From the NCBI RefSeq assembly GCF_963921235.1, contig NC_086100.1, positions 75,578,001 through 75,642,000 on the forward strand: a stretch of 64,000 nt of DNA, in the 5' to 3' direction. Under the pieces are notes generated by a model. It saw only the letters and a program-made list of their open reading frames with translations. It had not been told where the DNA came from and ran no database searches. Each line of letters opens with the position of its first letter. Positions within the stretch are counted from its first letter, which is position 1. Source of the stretch: Mobula hypostoma (taxonomy: Eukaryota). Positions 47,843 through 60,367 of this stretch are shown piece after piece. A program made the position numbers and the translations under genes.

Positions 47843-50310
47843 ACATAAAACCATAACATAGGAGTAGATTTAAGCCATTTAGTCCATTGAGCCTGCACCG
47901 CCATTCCATGATGGCTGATTTATTATCCCTCTCAACAGCATTTTCCTGTCATCCAAATTATTGACACATGATGTGAAAAGAAGCGGTCCCAACTCCAACC
48001 CCTGCGGAACATCAGTAGTCACCGGCAGTCAAACTGAAAAGTCTCCCTTTGCCTCTGCCCAGTCAGCTGATCTTCTGTCCATGGTAGTATGTTTCCTGTA
48101 ATATCGGCTCTTGTTAAGCAGACTCTTGTCAAACACCTTCCTAAAATCCAAATAAATAATATCCACTGACTCTCATTTGTTATTTTCCCAAATAATTCCA
48201 ACAGATTTGTAAAGCAAGGTTTCCCCTAAAGAAACCCTGCTGACTTCAGCCTATTTCATCATGTGCCTCCAAGTACCCTGAATCCTCATCCTTAATGATG
48301 GACTCCAACATCTTATCAACCACTGAACTCAGGCTAACTGGCCTATAACTTCCTACCTTTTGCCTCCCTCCCTTTGTAAAGAGTAGAGTGATATCTGCAA
48401 TTTTTCTTTGTGGGTGCAGAACCATTCCAAGATCTAGTGATTCTTGAAAGATTATGTCTCCACAATCTCTTCAACCACCTCTTTCAGAACCCTGGGGTGT
48501 AGTCCATCCGATCCAGGTGACTGATTTACCTTCAGACCTTTCTGATTTCCAATTGCCACCTTCTTAGCAATAGCAACTATACTTATTTCTGTCCACTGAT
48601 AGTCTTGAATTTCTGCTGCTGTCTTCCACAGTAAAGACTGATGCAAAATGCTTATTAAGTTTTTCTGCCATTTCTTTGTCCCCCGTTACTACAGTACTGT
48701 GCTAAAGTCCTAGGCACATATATAGAGCTGGGACGCCTAGGACTTCTGCATAGCACTGTAGTAATTTTATGTATTGCACTGTACTGCAACTGCAAAAAAG
48801 CAAATTTCATAATGTAATGTGAGTGATGATAAACCTAATTTTGATATGAATTTCCAAGAATAGGAAGGAGGCAGGGAGAGGGAATCATGGTTGGGAAAAA
48901 GGGAAGGGTGAGTGAGGGAGCAGAAAGCACCAGAGAGATATTTGGTAATGATCAACAAACCAATTATTTGGAATCAAATAAACTTGACTGGTGTCTTAGG
49001 GCAGAGTGTGTCTGGACCTGCGCCACCCTCGCCCCTGACACTCCTCTATGCCACCTGTCCCATATGCATCCCGTGGCGCTCCACCCTTGCTACTCCCAGC
49101 ATCCTTTGCCCCTGCCAGATTTACAAACTCACTCTCTGCTCTTAGGCACCAAAACTATATAAATGTGCCTGCGACTTCTGCACAGACCTGTACCTCTCCA
49201 GCATCATTTTCCAGGATCTGGTATCCACTCTCACCTCTCTTTTACTCTTTATACATCTGAAAAAACTTTTTGTATCCTTTTTTTTTAATTATTGGCTAGC
49301 TTACCTTCATATTGCATCTTTTCTCACCTTATTGCTTTTTTAGTTACCTTCTGCTGGTTTTTAAAAGCTTATCAGTTCTCTAGGTTCTTACTATTTTTTG
49401 GTATATTTTATGCCTCTCATTTGCTTTTATGCTGTCTTTGACTTCCCTTGCCAGACAAGGTTGCCTCATCTTCCCTTTAGAATACTCTTTCTTCTTTGGG
49501 AAGTATCTATCCTGTGCATTTTGACTTGCTCCCAGAAACTCCAACCATAGCTGTTCTGCCATCATCCTTGTTGGTGTCTCCTTCCAATCAAATTTGGCCA
49601 GCTTCGCCCTCATGCTTCTGTAGTTCTCTTTACTCCACTGTGCTACTGATTCTTCTGATTTTACTTCTCCCACTCAAACCTCAGGGTGAGTTCTATCAAA
49701 TTATGATCACTGCCCTCTAAGATTTCAATTACCTTAGGTCCTTACTCAAATCAGATTTATTAAAAACACCCAATCCAGAATTGCCTTTTCCCTTGTGGAC
49801 TCAAACACAAGCTGCTCTAAAAAACCTTCTCATAGGCATTCTACCAATGTCCTCTTTTGGGATCCAGCACCAGTGTGATTTTCCCAATCTATCTGCATAT
49901 TAAAATCCCTTCTGGCTCTCATAACATTGCCCTTATTACATGCCTTTTCTATCTCCCATTGTAATTTGTAACCCACATCCTGGCTGATGTTCGGAGGCCT
50001 GTATATAACTCTCATCAGGATCTCTTTACCCTTGTAGGTTCTGAACTCTACCCACAAGGATTCTACATCTTCTGATCCTATGTCATCACTTTGATTTAAT
50101 TTTTTACCAACAGAGCCATCTCACCCTCTCTGCCTACCTACCTGTCCTTTCAATGCAATGTGTATCCTTGGCTGTCAATCTCCTAACTATGATCTTCTTT
50201 CAGCCCGACTCAGTGAAGTCCATAACGTCATACCTGCCAATCTCTAACTGCTCTATAAGATTATCTGCCTTATTCTGTATACCGTGTGCATTCAAATATA
50301 ATACCTTCAG
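47843..50310 (-). mobile_element. CR1 LINE with internal deletions (same family as 23425-25245)
   Basis: WVEFRTYKGK...YRPPN, QSPGSDGLHPRVLKEV, 3' end gccatttagtccattgagcctgcaccgcc. Confidence 0.92.
48692..49190. mobile_element. Composite Tc1/mariner non-autonomous element (mini-MITE ends plus cargo)
   Basis: TA TSD restoring the host CR1 (gttacTAcctctcc); TIR CAGTACTGTGC.AAAGTC.TAGGCAC present four times (one truncated). Confidence 0.85.
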
Positions 50311-50329
50311 TCTACATAGGTAGTGGGAA

Positions 50330-50960
50330 CTTACCGCCACTACCTCTGCTGGCTATGACCACCTAAAGCAGGGTTTCCCAACCAGGGGTCCATGGACCTT
50401 CTTGGTTAATGGTAAGACTCCATGGCATAAAAATATTGGGAAACACTGGTCTAATCCATGCTGTCCTCTTCTGCAAAGGTGAGGCTACTCTCAGGTTGGA
50501 GGAACAATGCTTCATATTCTGTCTGGGTTTTCTCCAAGCTGGCAGAAAGAACATCAATTTCTCTAACTTCCAGTAACATCTCCCCTTTTCCCTTCCCTCT
50601 TCTTCTGTTCCCCATTCTGTCTCTCCTCTCACCTCTTCTCTTCTCCTTCATTTCCTATCACCTTCCTCTACTGTTCTGCTTCATTTCTTTTAACCTATGG
50701 TCCACTGTCCTCTTCCATCCGATTCCTTCTTCTTCAGCCCTTTACTTTTTCCACCTATCACCTCCCACCTTCTCACTTCGACACCCTCCTCCACCCATCT
50801 ACCTTCCCCCTCACCTATCACCTTCTAGCATGTAATCATTCCCCTCCCCCTACCTTTTTATTCTGGCTTCTTCACCCTTTCTTTCTAGTCCTGATAGGCC
50901 TGACCTGCGGAGTTCCCTCAGCATTTTGTGTGTGCCTTTCTGGATTGCCAGCATCTTGTG
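50330..50960 (+). mobile_element. Penelope 3' end
   Basis: gaggctactctcaggttggaggaacaa (EATLRLEEQ), pyrimidine tract, pLTR with the hammerhead largely deleted. Confidence 0.85.
50369..50448. mobile_element. 80-bp hAT (Charlie-like) MITE
   Basis: TIRs CAGGGTTTCCCAA / TTGGGAAACACTG; diverged NTCTANNN-type 8-bp flanks. Confidence 0.75.
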
Positions 50961-50969
50961 TTAACGATT

Positions 50970-51530
50970 TGGCTCACGGGCTTTATTCAATCAGTGCATC
51001 AATTATAGGAGTTGGGGAGTTACGATGCAGGTACATAAGACAGTAGTGAAGCTAAACTTAGTGAATTATGTGCAGTTTTGGTCACCTTGTTATACGATAG
51101 ACATTTTTAAACTAGTGAGAGTGCAGGGGAAAAATACCAGAAATTTGCCTGGAACTGGGGGGTTTGAGTTATAATGAGATGATGTGTAGATTAGGACTAT
51201 ATTCTCTGGAAAGTAGGAGATTAACTGATGACCGGATAATGCTATGTAAGATCATGAGGGGCACTGACAGGGTGCAAGTGCATAGTCTTTTTCCCAGGGA
51301 GGGGTTGCTAATAACAAAGAGGCCTTTGGTTTAAGAACAGAGGTCAGTGATTTGGAAAGGACATCAGGGTCAGCAACTTCCTGTAAAGGGTGGTGTGTAT
51401 TTGGAATGAGTTGGCAGAAATAATGAGCAACATTAGAGCAGGATGGGCAAATGGGATTAGCTCACTGGGGACCACAGTCTGCGTAGGCTGGTTGGGCCAA
51501 GGGGCCTGTGTATGTCTCGATGCCTCTAGG
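50970..51530 (+). mobile_element. CR1 3' part (probable continuation of 46340-47842)
   Basis: tatgtgcagttttggtcacc (VQFWSP), ggactatattctctgga, 3' UTR ttgggccaaggggcctg. Confidence 0.8.
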
Positions 51531-51919
51531 AACAAAAGGCCAGTGAAACTAATAGCAGTAAATCTTGCCACAGTGAGACACATCCAAGTGCATTGCTAAA
51601 AATACTATGAGCATTGTGAAATATGCCAACACTCAAAAACAAAGTAGTTTGATAAAGGTGATAATTGGTAAACATTTATTAAGGATGTGGGGGGGGTCAT
51701 TATCCAACTCCTCCATGTGTAATTTTATATAATTTTGCAATCCGTTGTTCAAAATTATACTTGTACATTTGCTGCAAACTGCCTTTTGTTGTTTGTGGTT
51801 AAAACAACAATGACATCAGTGATAATCTCAGACTTTAATGATAGCAGCACCACACACATTGAAATCAGGTGTGATCTTCATCATATTTCACCTATCCATG
51901 GACTTACTGTATCTCCTCC

Positions 51920-52620
51920 AAGAGGACCACAACGTTGTCATAGTTTTGAGGCTAGCGTACCTCAATGACACAGAGGGCAATGCTAGCTGGAGTCAGAGCC
52001 TTGTGCTTTGTCTCTTGGTAGGGTCACCCATGCCAAACAGGTCAAAGTGTAGAGGCCAGACTAAGAATGGTCCACCGGTCCTCCAAACTTGGTGTTCAGC
52101 TCAGGGGCTAACAACCCTGACCGGTCAATCAAAACAGTTTTTGGAAACAGCAGTGAATAATGCTACATCTGTGTGCAACGTTTTCCTGAGTGTCAACCTA
52201 AGACCTGCGTGGCCGACAGTAGTGAGCTGATAGTACTGACAGTGGAGTGGTAACACGATGACTATCACAGAGTTTTACAGAACCAATGACCTCGGTTCAA
52301 TTCCCGCCACTGCCTGTAAGGAGTTTGTATGTTCTCCCATGACTGCGTGGGTTTCCTCCCACATTCTGAAGATGTATCATTTGGTTGGTGAATTGGTCAT
52401 TGTAAATTGTTCCATAATTAGGCTAGGATTAAATTGGGCAGCTCAGATTGTTGGGCCTATTCTGAGCTCTATATCAATAATTAATTAAATAAATAAAACT
52501 GAGTGGAAGTCATTGTCACGATGAAGGAAGTCCTAAACATCAAGACCAAAATGACAGATGGAGGATCTTCATTGCTGTCCTAAAATGCCAACAAAATGTG
52601 TTACAGGCAGTAAGTAAGTA
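51920..52620 (+). mobile_element. Bipartite non-autonomous RTE (5' UTR + 3' end), split by a V-SINE
   Basis: Expander/Rex3-like ggtagggtcacccatgccaaacaggtc...ggggctaacaaccc; 3' DRWRIFIAVL-like end with (gtaa)n tail. Confidence 0.65.
52235..52497 (+). mobile_element. V-SINE
   Basis: ggttcaattcccgccactgcctgtaaggagtttgtatgttctcccatgactgcgtgggtttcctcc; (taaa)n tail. Confidence 0.85.
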
Positions 52621-54215
52621 AATTTTATCTAATGTTGCTAATGTGCCTGCCTCAAGCACTATTTCTCCAGCTTATTTGTAATACACATCACCCTATTTTG
52701 AAGATGCTGACCCACATCTTTCCAGTTATACAGTGGCTCTGTTGTCTCACAAGCTATGCTCTTGAATATGGCTGGGTGGTGCTGTAGAGCTACTTTGCTC
52801 CTGCGTTTGCTCATGCTCACATCGTTGCTGCTCCTGACTGTTCAAGTAGGTACTTCTAATGAAAGTCATATTTTACAATGCAATACCTTATTACACCATA
52901 CAGATATCATAAACTTGAAGTGCTTCATGTGTATATGATTCAGTGGAGACACGTGGTCCTATTTATTTCTTGGTTGTGTTGAAGTTTATCTCACCTTTCT
53001 TTTTATCCCCTGTAGAAGGTTGTTAAATGTGCAGGTTGTTGATTAACATGTGCAGCACTCCCTCTGTGCTACTAGCTGCCCCCCCCGCCCCATCTCATAA
53101 ACATTTCTTCTGACCGATGCTTCCTAACCCCAGACATGCATCCTACATTCCATGCAGCAGGAAGCTGCTGGTAACCTTGTGATCAAGGATCACCAGGAAC
53201 TAATTCAATAGTATACCCTTTATCCCACAAGCTTCCATAGCCATAACGTTAATCATATTCCTGCATCTGGTCTTGTAATTGGTCTGTCATGTCTACAAGC
53301 CAATCAGACACACTGGAGGAGTAGCATGTGTCACCAAATGGAGGATACTGTAATCAGGGTAATGCAGCTTATGTCCTGGTCACTAGAGATCCAATAACTT
53401 ACATACATTACTGAAACCTAAGAGGAAAACACTGCAGAGCAATTTCAACCCTTGCATTGAACATTTACAGGTTTAAACTCCTCACTACATACATATCGCA
53501 TATGCATGTCGTATGTAAGCTTACTCACTCTAGATTCTGGTCAGGTCTGGGTACAGTGGTAAGAATATGTGACTGAACATTGGCAGAGAAAGGCTTCACT
53601 GGGTTGACCTTGTTAGATTTAGCATGTAATTATGCAAATTCCACTTATTTCTCAGTTAATTGCATAGTTTAATGTGATTGGGATACTGTCACAGGATATT
53701 TTGTTGGCCCAAGAAGACAGATACAATCAATCACCAAGTCAACTGTAGAGATGACATGGGGTTGATGGGACTATTGGATCTAACTGAAGTTTTGTAATGT
53801 GGTTAGCTGAAGGGATGCTGCTGCTTGGTTCTGATCGTTTTAAGTTAGTATATAGTACACAACATGGGCACTCCATCCATACAAGTAAATCAGTAATTTG
53901 ATATTGTACTGTATAAATGTTGTTGTAGGAACAATAGCATGTGATATGTATCTTCAGTCATGGACAACAAAAAGGATGTTGCCCAAGTAGTTCATTTATA
54001 GACATACATATGATGGTAGAGCAGACCCACTTCTGAAATGAAGTCACCAAATTTCTTCAGCACCATAACTCAACTTATTATTATTTTGTGACTGTGTAAC
54101 AGCTAAATATCCTTCTCAACATTTTTGCTGTATGTAGACATAGAGAAGGCTGTGACTTGCTGATTCAGAATCATATGTAGTTAATCTGGAAGCTGATAAC
54201 TTCAGAAGTTGATTT

Positions 54216-54451
54216 TGTTGTGTACTTAATATATCAGTAAAATGGAGCAATATTGTAAACATATTGTTTGATTAAGTACTTAAGTAGTTCATTATAGTTA
54301 TATGTACGGAGTACGTGAATTGGTATACGTCATCACACTACTGTGTCATATGCACGCACATCACTTAAAAGTAAAAACAAACAAGTTATCTCCCAGATGC
54401 CTTGTTTTTCTTTCAAATAGTTTTTATAATTTGAAGTTACAACACATAACA
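54216..54451 (+). mobile_element. Solo LTR (Gypsy/BEL type)
   Basis: TGTTGTGT...ACATAACA inverted termini; perfect 5-bp TSD GATTT (54211-54215, 54452-54456); AGTAAA poly(A)-like signal. Confidence 0.85.
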
Positions 54452-55400
54452 GATTTAACTGCCAAGGTAATAAAAACAATAAAGTGCAGGCAATCATAAA
54501 TTAAGCAGCTTGCTAACAGACAACCTTATTTCCTCTATAACAGTTAAATCATCTAATTGTGCCAAATGTCATATTCTAATGAATACATGCATAATCCTCT
54601 GACCAAGGCCCCTTTATGCATCATATGGTATAAACAATATATTGAAGATATCTTATTCACCAGTTAATGGACACAACATCTAACCCTTTAAACTTTCTCT
54701 AAGTCAAGTGACTTGCGTTAAATTCCTCATTAGCCTTCTGCACGCCAGTGAATATTGGCCTCAATCTTTCCGACTCTCATCAAGACTACAACATCTAAAC
54801 CATAGTATATACTCCCAAGTTGTATTGTTTTCATTAATCTCATAATCTTTCAACATTGGAAGGGATTGATTTTCTCTTTCATTATAAACAGGTTCCAATG
54901 TTACTTGCAAAAAGAATGCCTAAAACTGCACTCAACTCTTGAATTTCAATGTAACCAGTGCCTTCCTTTATCATCTCTATATCTTCCTTGAGTAGTAAGA
55001 ATCGTGAATCTCTTTTTTTTGAATTTGTAAACTTGTTTTAAAGTTCTTTTAAGGATTTTGCCATTTAGACCATACGCCCACTTGTTGTGCCTTTCCCTAA
55101 GTTATACCACTTTATGATTGAGAAAAGAAAATAGTGAGGCTTGGTCACAATAGAGTTGCTCAACTACATAACCAAATACAGACTGAAACCAACTAAAATG
55201 TAACTGGATTAGAAATAATGTGGATTATCAAGTTTTTTCCTTGCTAAGAGTTGTCAACAGGAACTGGGAAAGATGTCTCTGACCTTATTCCTTGAAAATG
55301 TATTATGCTTAATAAAATATACTGAATAATTAAATAATGCTATTGGAATACATTGCAAACTGGTTGCCTTGTTTTTATATATTTTTTAAATAAACTAATT

Positions 55401-55585
55401 TACTTTATTGTCGCCAAACAATTGATACTAGGGCGTACAATCATCACAGCGATATTTGATTCTGCGCTTCCCGCTCCCTGGAGTACAAATTGATAGTAAA
55501 TATTAAAAATTTAAATTATAAATCATAGATAGAAAATAGAAAAGGGATAGTAAGGTAGTGCAAAAAAACTGAGAGGCAGGTCTGT
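55401..55585 (-). mobile_element. Young Rex-type LINE 3' UTR fragment
   Basis: Reverse strand ...ctagtatcaattgtttggcgacaataaagta, same tail as 17178-17278; TSD CTAATT (55395-55400, 55592-55597). Confidence 0.8.
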
Positions 55586-56404
55586 TAGTGTCTAATTACA
55601 CACTAGACAGTTAAAGCCTTCCACCTGAAGCTAAATTGAATGGTGCTTCTTATCTAGACACCGCTTGCCTGCACTGAGTAGTTTGGACAGTTTCTCCCTA
55701 GGTGTGATGGTGAAGCATTTTCCTGACTATGTAAAAAGAATGTTCACCAGATGTGGTTTATGACCTTAAATCAAATATGTATAGTTGTGTGATTAGTTTA
55801 TTTTGGTTTGTCTCTTTCATCAGATTTTAATAGTTTACATTCCTTTTTCTATTTCTTTTCCTGCAATTTCTGAACGTATGGTATGGGTTTACCCTTGAAA
55901 CACTATTGTTCCTCTTTGACCGTTGGCATAAAGATACATTTTCAATTCCATTACCAATACTGTTTCCATTTTGAAAATATTTTAGAATAAGTTTAGATTT
56001 GATGTATGTATTATTAGTTTCAAAATAGATATACTTACAGTAGTAAAAGCCCTTGAAGTTTCAAATGCTGGTTGATGTAATGATAAACTTTTATTATTGT
56101 TATAGCTTCTATGGAAATGAAAGAAGTTGAGAGATCATTTTAAGAGCATCTCCATCAAGAGTGTCTTTTCAAAAATGTTTTATCCCTTTCTGCATGAAAT
56201 TGAGTTTGGAAAAGACAGAGTCAATAAGTGCTCTTGGGTGTTTCTATATAACCTAGGTAATTGTTATGAAAATTATCCATAACTGATTTCATTGATGACA
56301 CTACAGCCTAGAGAGTATTTCAATGCCTCTACTTCCTATGAAGACTATTAATATTCAGTATCTCCTTAATGACTTACCATTTTTTACAAATGACACTTAT
56401 GCAG

Positions 56405-56629
56405 TTTTGCAGATGCTGGAAATCTTGAGCAACACACACAAAATTCTGGAAGAACTCAACAGGTCGGGCAGCATCATTGGAGGGAAACGAAGAATTGATG
56501 TTTCAGACTGAGACCTTCATCAGGATTGGTTTTCTGATGATGGGTCTCAGGTCAATTGGTCGACTGTTCATTTCCTTCCATAGATGCTGCCTGACCTGCT
56601 GAGTTGAACAAGCATTTTGCATGTGTTGC
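56405..56629. mobile_element. Minimal fold-back Penelope element: two hammerhead-headed arms back to back
   Basis: ...gagaccttcatcagg attggtttt ctgatgatgggtctc...; arms are reverse complements; flanking TATGCAG repeat (56398-56404, 56630-56636). Confidence 0.85.
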
Positions 56630-57128
56630 TATGCAGATACATCACAGCTTGGTATAGCAACTACTCTTCCCAAGACTTCAAATAACCACAGAGAGTTGTG
56701 AATGCAGCCCAGTCCATCGCCCAAATCAGCCTCCCTTTCATTGACTCCATTTACAGTTCACACTGCGAAGTGTAGATGGAAAGCTGCACATAATCAAGAC
56801 CTCTCCCTACTTGATCATTCTTTCTTCTCCCTTTCTTATTGAGCAGGAGATACAAAAATCTGAAATACATACATAGCACTCAATAACGACTTCTACCCTG
56901 CTGTTATCAGACTCTTCACCAGACCTCCTTACACTAAACATGAACTCTATGTCTCCCATTCTATCTTGTTATGGCCTTTCAATGTCTAGCTGCACTGCCC
57001 TTTCTCTGTAGCTGCAGCACCACCTTCTGCATTCAGTTTTGCTTTAACTACCTGCATGATCTGTCTGGATGGCATGCAAATAAATCCTTTTTACTGTATG
57101 TTGGTAAATGTAACAATTATAAACCAAT
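56630..57128 (+). mobile_element. Rex1/Babar 3' fragment
   Basis: ITAWYSN...QRVVNAAQSI...gacttctaccctgctgttatcagact; tail. Confidence 0.85.
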
Positions 57129-58199
57129 ATTATCTAGAATGAAAAGGCAAACTCCTGATTTACCTAGGAAACTACAACACAGCAATAAACTATAAGTCTC
57201 AGACTTTCTAGCTCTTTTGCTCTACTGCAGTTGATTAAGTAAATGATCTGAGCCATGGGGAGTGTTTGTAAAGATCTAAGAGTCCAGTGTTATTCTGGAA
57301 AAGGGTCTGACAGTATTCCATCAAGAGACTATCTGCTGAGTAAAGTGGAGTTAAACAAATTTCAGGAAAAGATAGAGAAAAGGAAGCCAGTGTTTAAAGG
57401 TTTAGGTGATGTATTTTGACACAAAGACTGACAGTGACAAGCTGGTCACTCTTATTAGTACAGTAATCCATTTAATATGTTTACAGTTGATGTGTGTGTT
57501 TCACTTGTGCACAGCTTCCAGAACAACAATGGCTCTTACCTTAGTGGGGACTTGATTGCCTCCTCCTGGATCCTGTTTTATGTATGGAAGTGAGGTGAGG
57601 GTGGCGGTGGGATGCAGAGTGATGCTAGCCCTTGAATATGCTGTGAAAGCTTTCTGAACTGGTTAATGCAGCTGGTGCACAAAGATGAAATAACACTCTG
57701 AATATTCCTGAGGTTCAGAGGCATTCAATAACATTCTGAAGCTCTTATCCAGATCCTAGGCAGCTGTTTCCTCCATTGAAATCAAAGCATGAGGACGTTC
57801 TCCTTCAGGTCTAAACTGGAGCAAGTTCTTCCAAAGACTTCCCCGGCTTGCTTGCTGGGTATTGCTCTGACATTATGTTTCATTGTTGGATGCTATGAGT
57901 GTGGTCTTGAAATCTCTGGAGTATGCCTGCAGAAAGCTCAGGATTTTCCCTTTGTGCGTTTGGGCACTAGGTGGGGAATTACCAACAATCATGCATGTTA
58001 TGATATATTTAATAATTGAAATCTCTTGGGACATTTTCCAATATTACAGGTACAATATAAATGCAATTTGTTGTTAACAATCACACTAGCACCACCATTT
58101 GTTAATATTTAAGAACAAGCCCTTGGGAATATCAACTTGTTAGATTTAATCAAGAGATTTTTGTAGTAAAGTTGATACTTAAGCTCCAAGAAGTGGAAG

Positions 58200-58528
58200 G
58201 AGCAGTTACTGCCCCTCAACCATCAGGCTCTTGAACCAAAGGGGATTATTTCACTTGACTTCAATTGCCCCATCATTGAAATGTTCCCACAACCTATGGA
58301 CTCACTTTCAAGAATTCTTCATCTCATGCTCTCGATATTTATTACCTATTTATTATTAATATTCTTTTCTTTTTGTATTTGCACAATTTGTTGTCTTTTG
58401 TACACTGGTTGAATTCCCAAGTTGGTGTGGATTTATTGAGTATGCCCACAAGAAAATGAGTCTCAGGGTTGCATATGGTGACATCTATGTCCTTTGATAA
58501 TAAAGTTACTTTGAGCCTTAAACTTTGA
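58200..58528 (+). mobile_element. Rex1/Babar 3' fragment
   Basis: cagttactgcccctcaaccatcaggctcttgaacc...gtctcagggttgcatatggtgac...tttgataataaag. Confidence 0.88.
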
Positions 58529-59021
58529 CAGTACTGGAAAATAACTGCAGGAGCTGCTGTGAACTGTCAACCTTTAGCCTGATGCACAGCATATGTGTTG
58601 CCTGATTCTTATCTGATGTTAGCACTTAGTGAGTTGTTCATTGACTTACTGCATCACCTCAAGCCGCTAACATAAGCACCAGTTCAAGAAAGTGTTTAGG
58701 ATTAAAGACAGTTTCACTTTCTTAAAGGGAAGTTATACTGTGGCTGCCGATGTGGTGGAAGTCATTCCAGAGGTCAGTGAGATGGCAGATCCAAACTAAA
58801 AGAAGGGTAATTGATTTTCCAACACGGCATTAAGAGTGTTGGTTAGCAGAGTGGAGACAGAGATAAATGTCCTTGACGTACAGGGAAACAAAAGACCTCA
58901 AATATAACTGGCTGAAATAACAATGGGAAGGGATAGGTATGGAAGTGAATGCAGCAAGTACACCCTGAATCAATGATGCAAGCAACTGTGACATTGTTAA
59001 GAGTAGCAAATATCGTAACCA

Positions 59022-60025
59022 TAGCAACACACACAAAATGCTGGAGGAATCAGCGGGTCAGGCAGCATCTGCGGAAGTTTCAGGCTGCGACCCTTCTTCA
59101 GGACTGAGAAGGGAGGGGGAAGGCACCAGAAAGGTGGACGGAGGTGAGTGAAGCTAGCTGGAAGGTGGTAGGTGAAGCTAGGTGGGTGGGGAAGGTCAAG
59201 TGCTGGAGAGGAAGGAATCTGATAGGAAAGAGAGTGCATCATAGGAGAAAGGGAAGGAGGAGGGGAGCCGGGGAGAGGTGATAGACAGACGAGAGGAAAT
59301 AAGAGGCCAGGCTGGGGAATAGAAGAAGAGGGAAAATGGAGGGTTTTTTTTTATCAGGAGAAATCAATATTCATGCCATTAAATTGAAGGGTACCCAGAA
59401 TATAAGGTGTAGTACTCCACCCTGAGGGTGGCCTCACTGTGGTACTAGAGAAGGCTACGGACTGACATGTTAGAACAGGAATGGGAATCGGAATTAAAAT
59501 GTTTGGCCGCCAGGAAGTTCTGCTTTTGGACGATGGAGCAGAGGTTCTTGACGAAGCGGACCCCCAACTTACAGTGGTTCTCACCAATGTAGGGGATGGC
59601 ACATTGGGAGCACTGGACACAATAGACAACCCCAGCAGATATGCAATTGAAATGTTGCCCCACCTGGAAGGACTGTTTGGGGCCCTGACTGGAGGTGAGG
59701 GAGGAGGTGCATGGGTAGGTGTTGCACCTGGACCGCTTACAGGGATAAGTGGCAGGAGGGAATCGTGGGGGGAGCGATCTCTGTGGAAAGTGGAGGGATG
59801 GTGGTGAGGGGGGGTGTAAAACAAAGATAAGTTTGGTGGTAGGATCCCTTTGGAGATGGCAGAAGTTGTGGAGGTTGATGTGTTGGATGTAGAGGCTTAT
59901 GGGGTGGTAGGTGTGGACAAGAGGAACAAGAGGTGGCAGGAAGATGGGATGACCACCGATGTTCCAGAAATAGGGGAGATGCAGGTGAGGACACCATCAA
60001 TGGCGGAGAAAGTGAGACCCTGTTC
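59022..60025 (-). mobile_element. Penelope-like element 3' 1 kb with GIY-YIG endonuclease remnant
   Basis: ORF 59445-59663 GVVYCVQCSQC..PYIGE..CKLGVRF...AKHFNS..HS; LGTLQFNGMNIDFS; hammerhead cagtcCTGAAGAagggtcgcagcctGAAAc. Confidence 0.93.
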
Positions 60026-60367
60026 TTAGTCCCAAAAATTACATGGTGCTCAGTGCATCACTATCCCCCAGTTTGTCAGTAAACACTATCAATTGGAGCT
60101 GGAAACTAACTTTTGAATGCCCCAACACCTTCATATACTTGCCACCCCAAGTCTCACAGCTACATCACACAACATTTCAACCACATCAATTAAACAATTT
60201 TCCAAAATATACAAATTCATCTTTTTGCCCAGAAGGATAAAATAGTGTGGAACTAGCAATGTAGCAAAATGATAGTAGCAACTGCTTGTTCCAACAATAG
60301 GGGCCAGTTTGTGGGTGGGACTCATTTTGGACAATGCTTCTGGAAGAGGTTCCACAGATCCTCTGAA

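Noticed and set aside
57514-57595. Possible + strand exon (cacAG...GAG|GTGAGG; FQNNNGSYLSGDLIASSW...)
   Set aside because: Weak pyrimidine tract, unrecognised peptide and no partner exons
59015-59028. RFX X-box GTAACCATAGCAAC at a Penelope junction
   Set aside because: Half is supplied by the repeat terminus; a single motif with no other support
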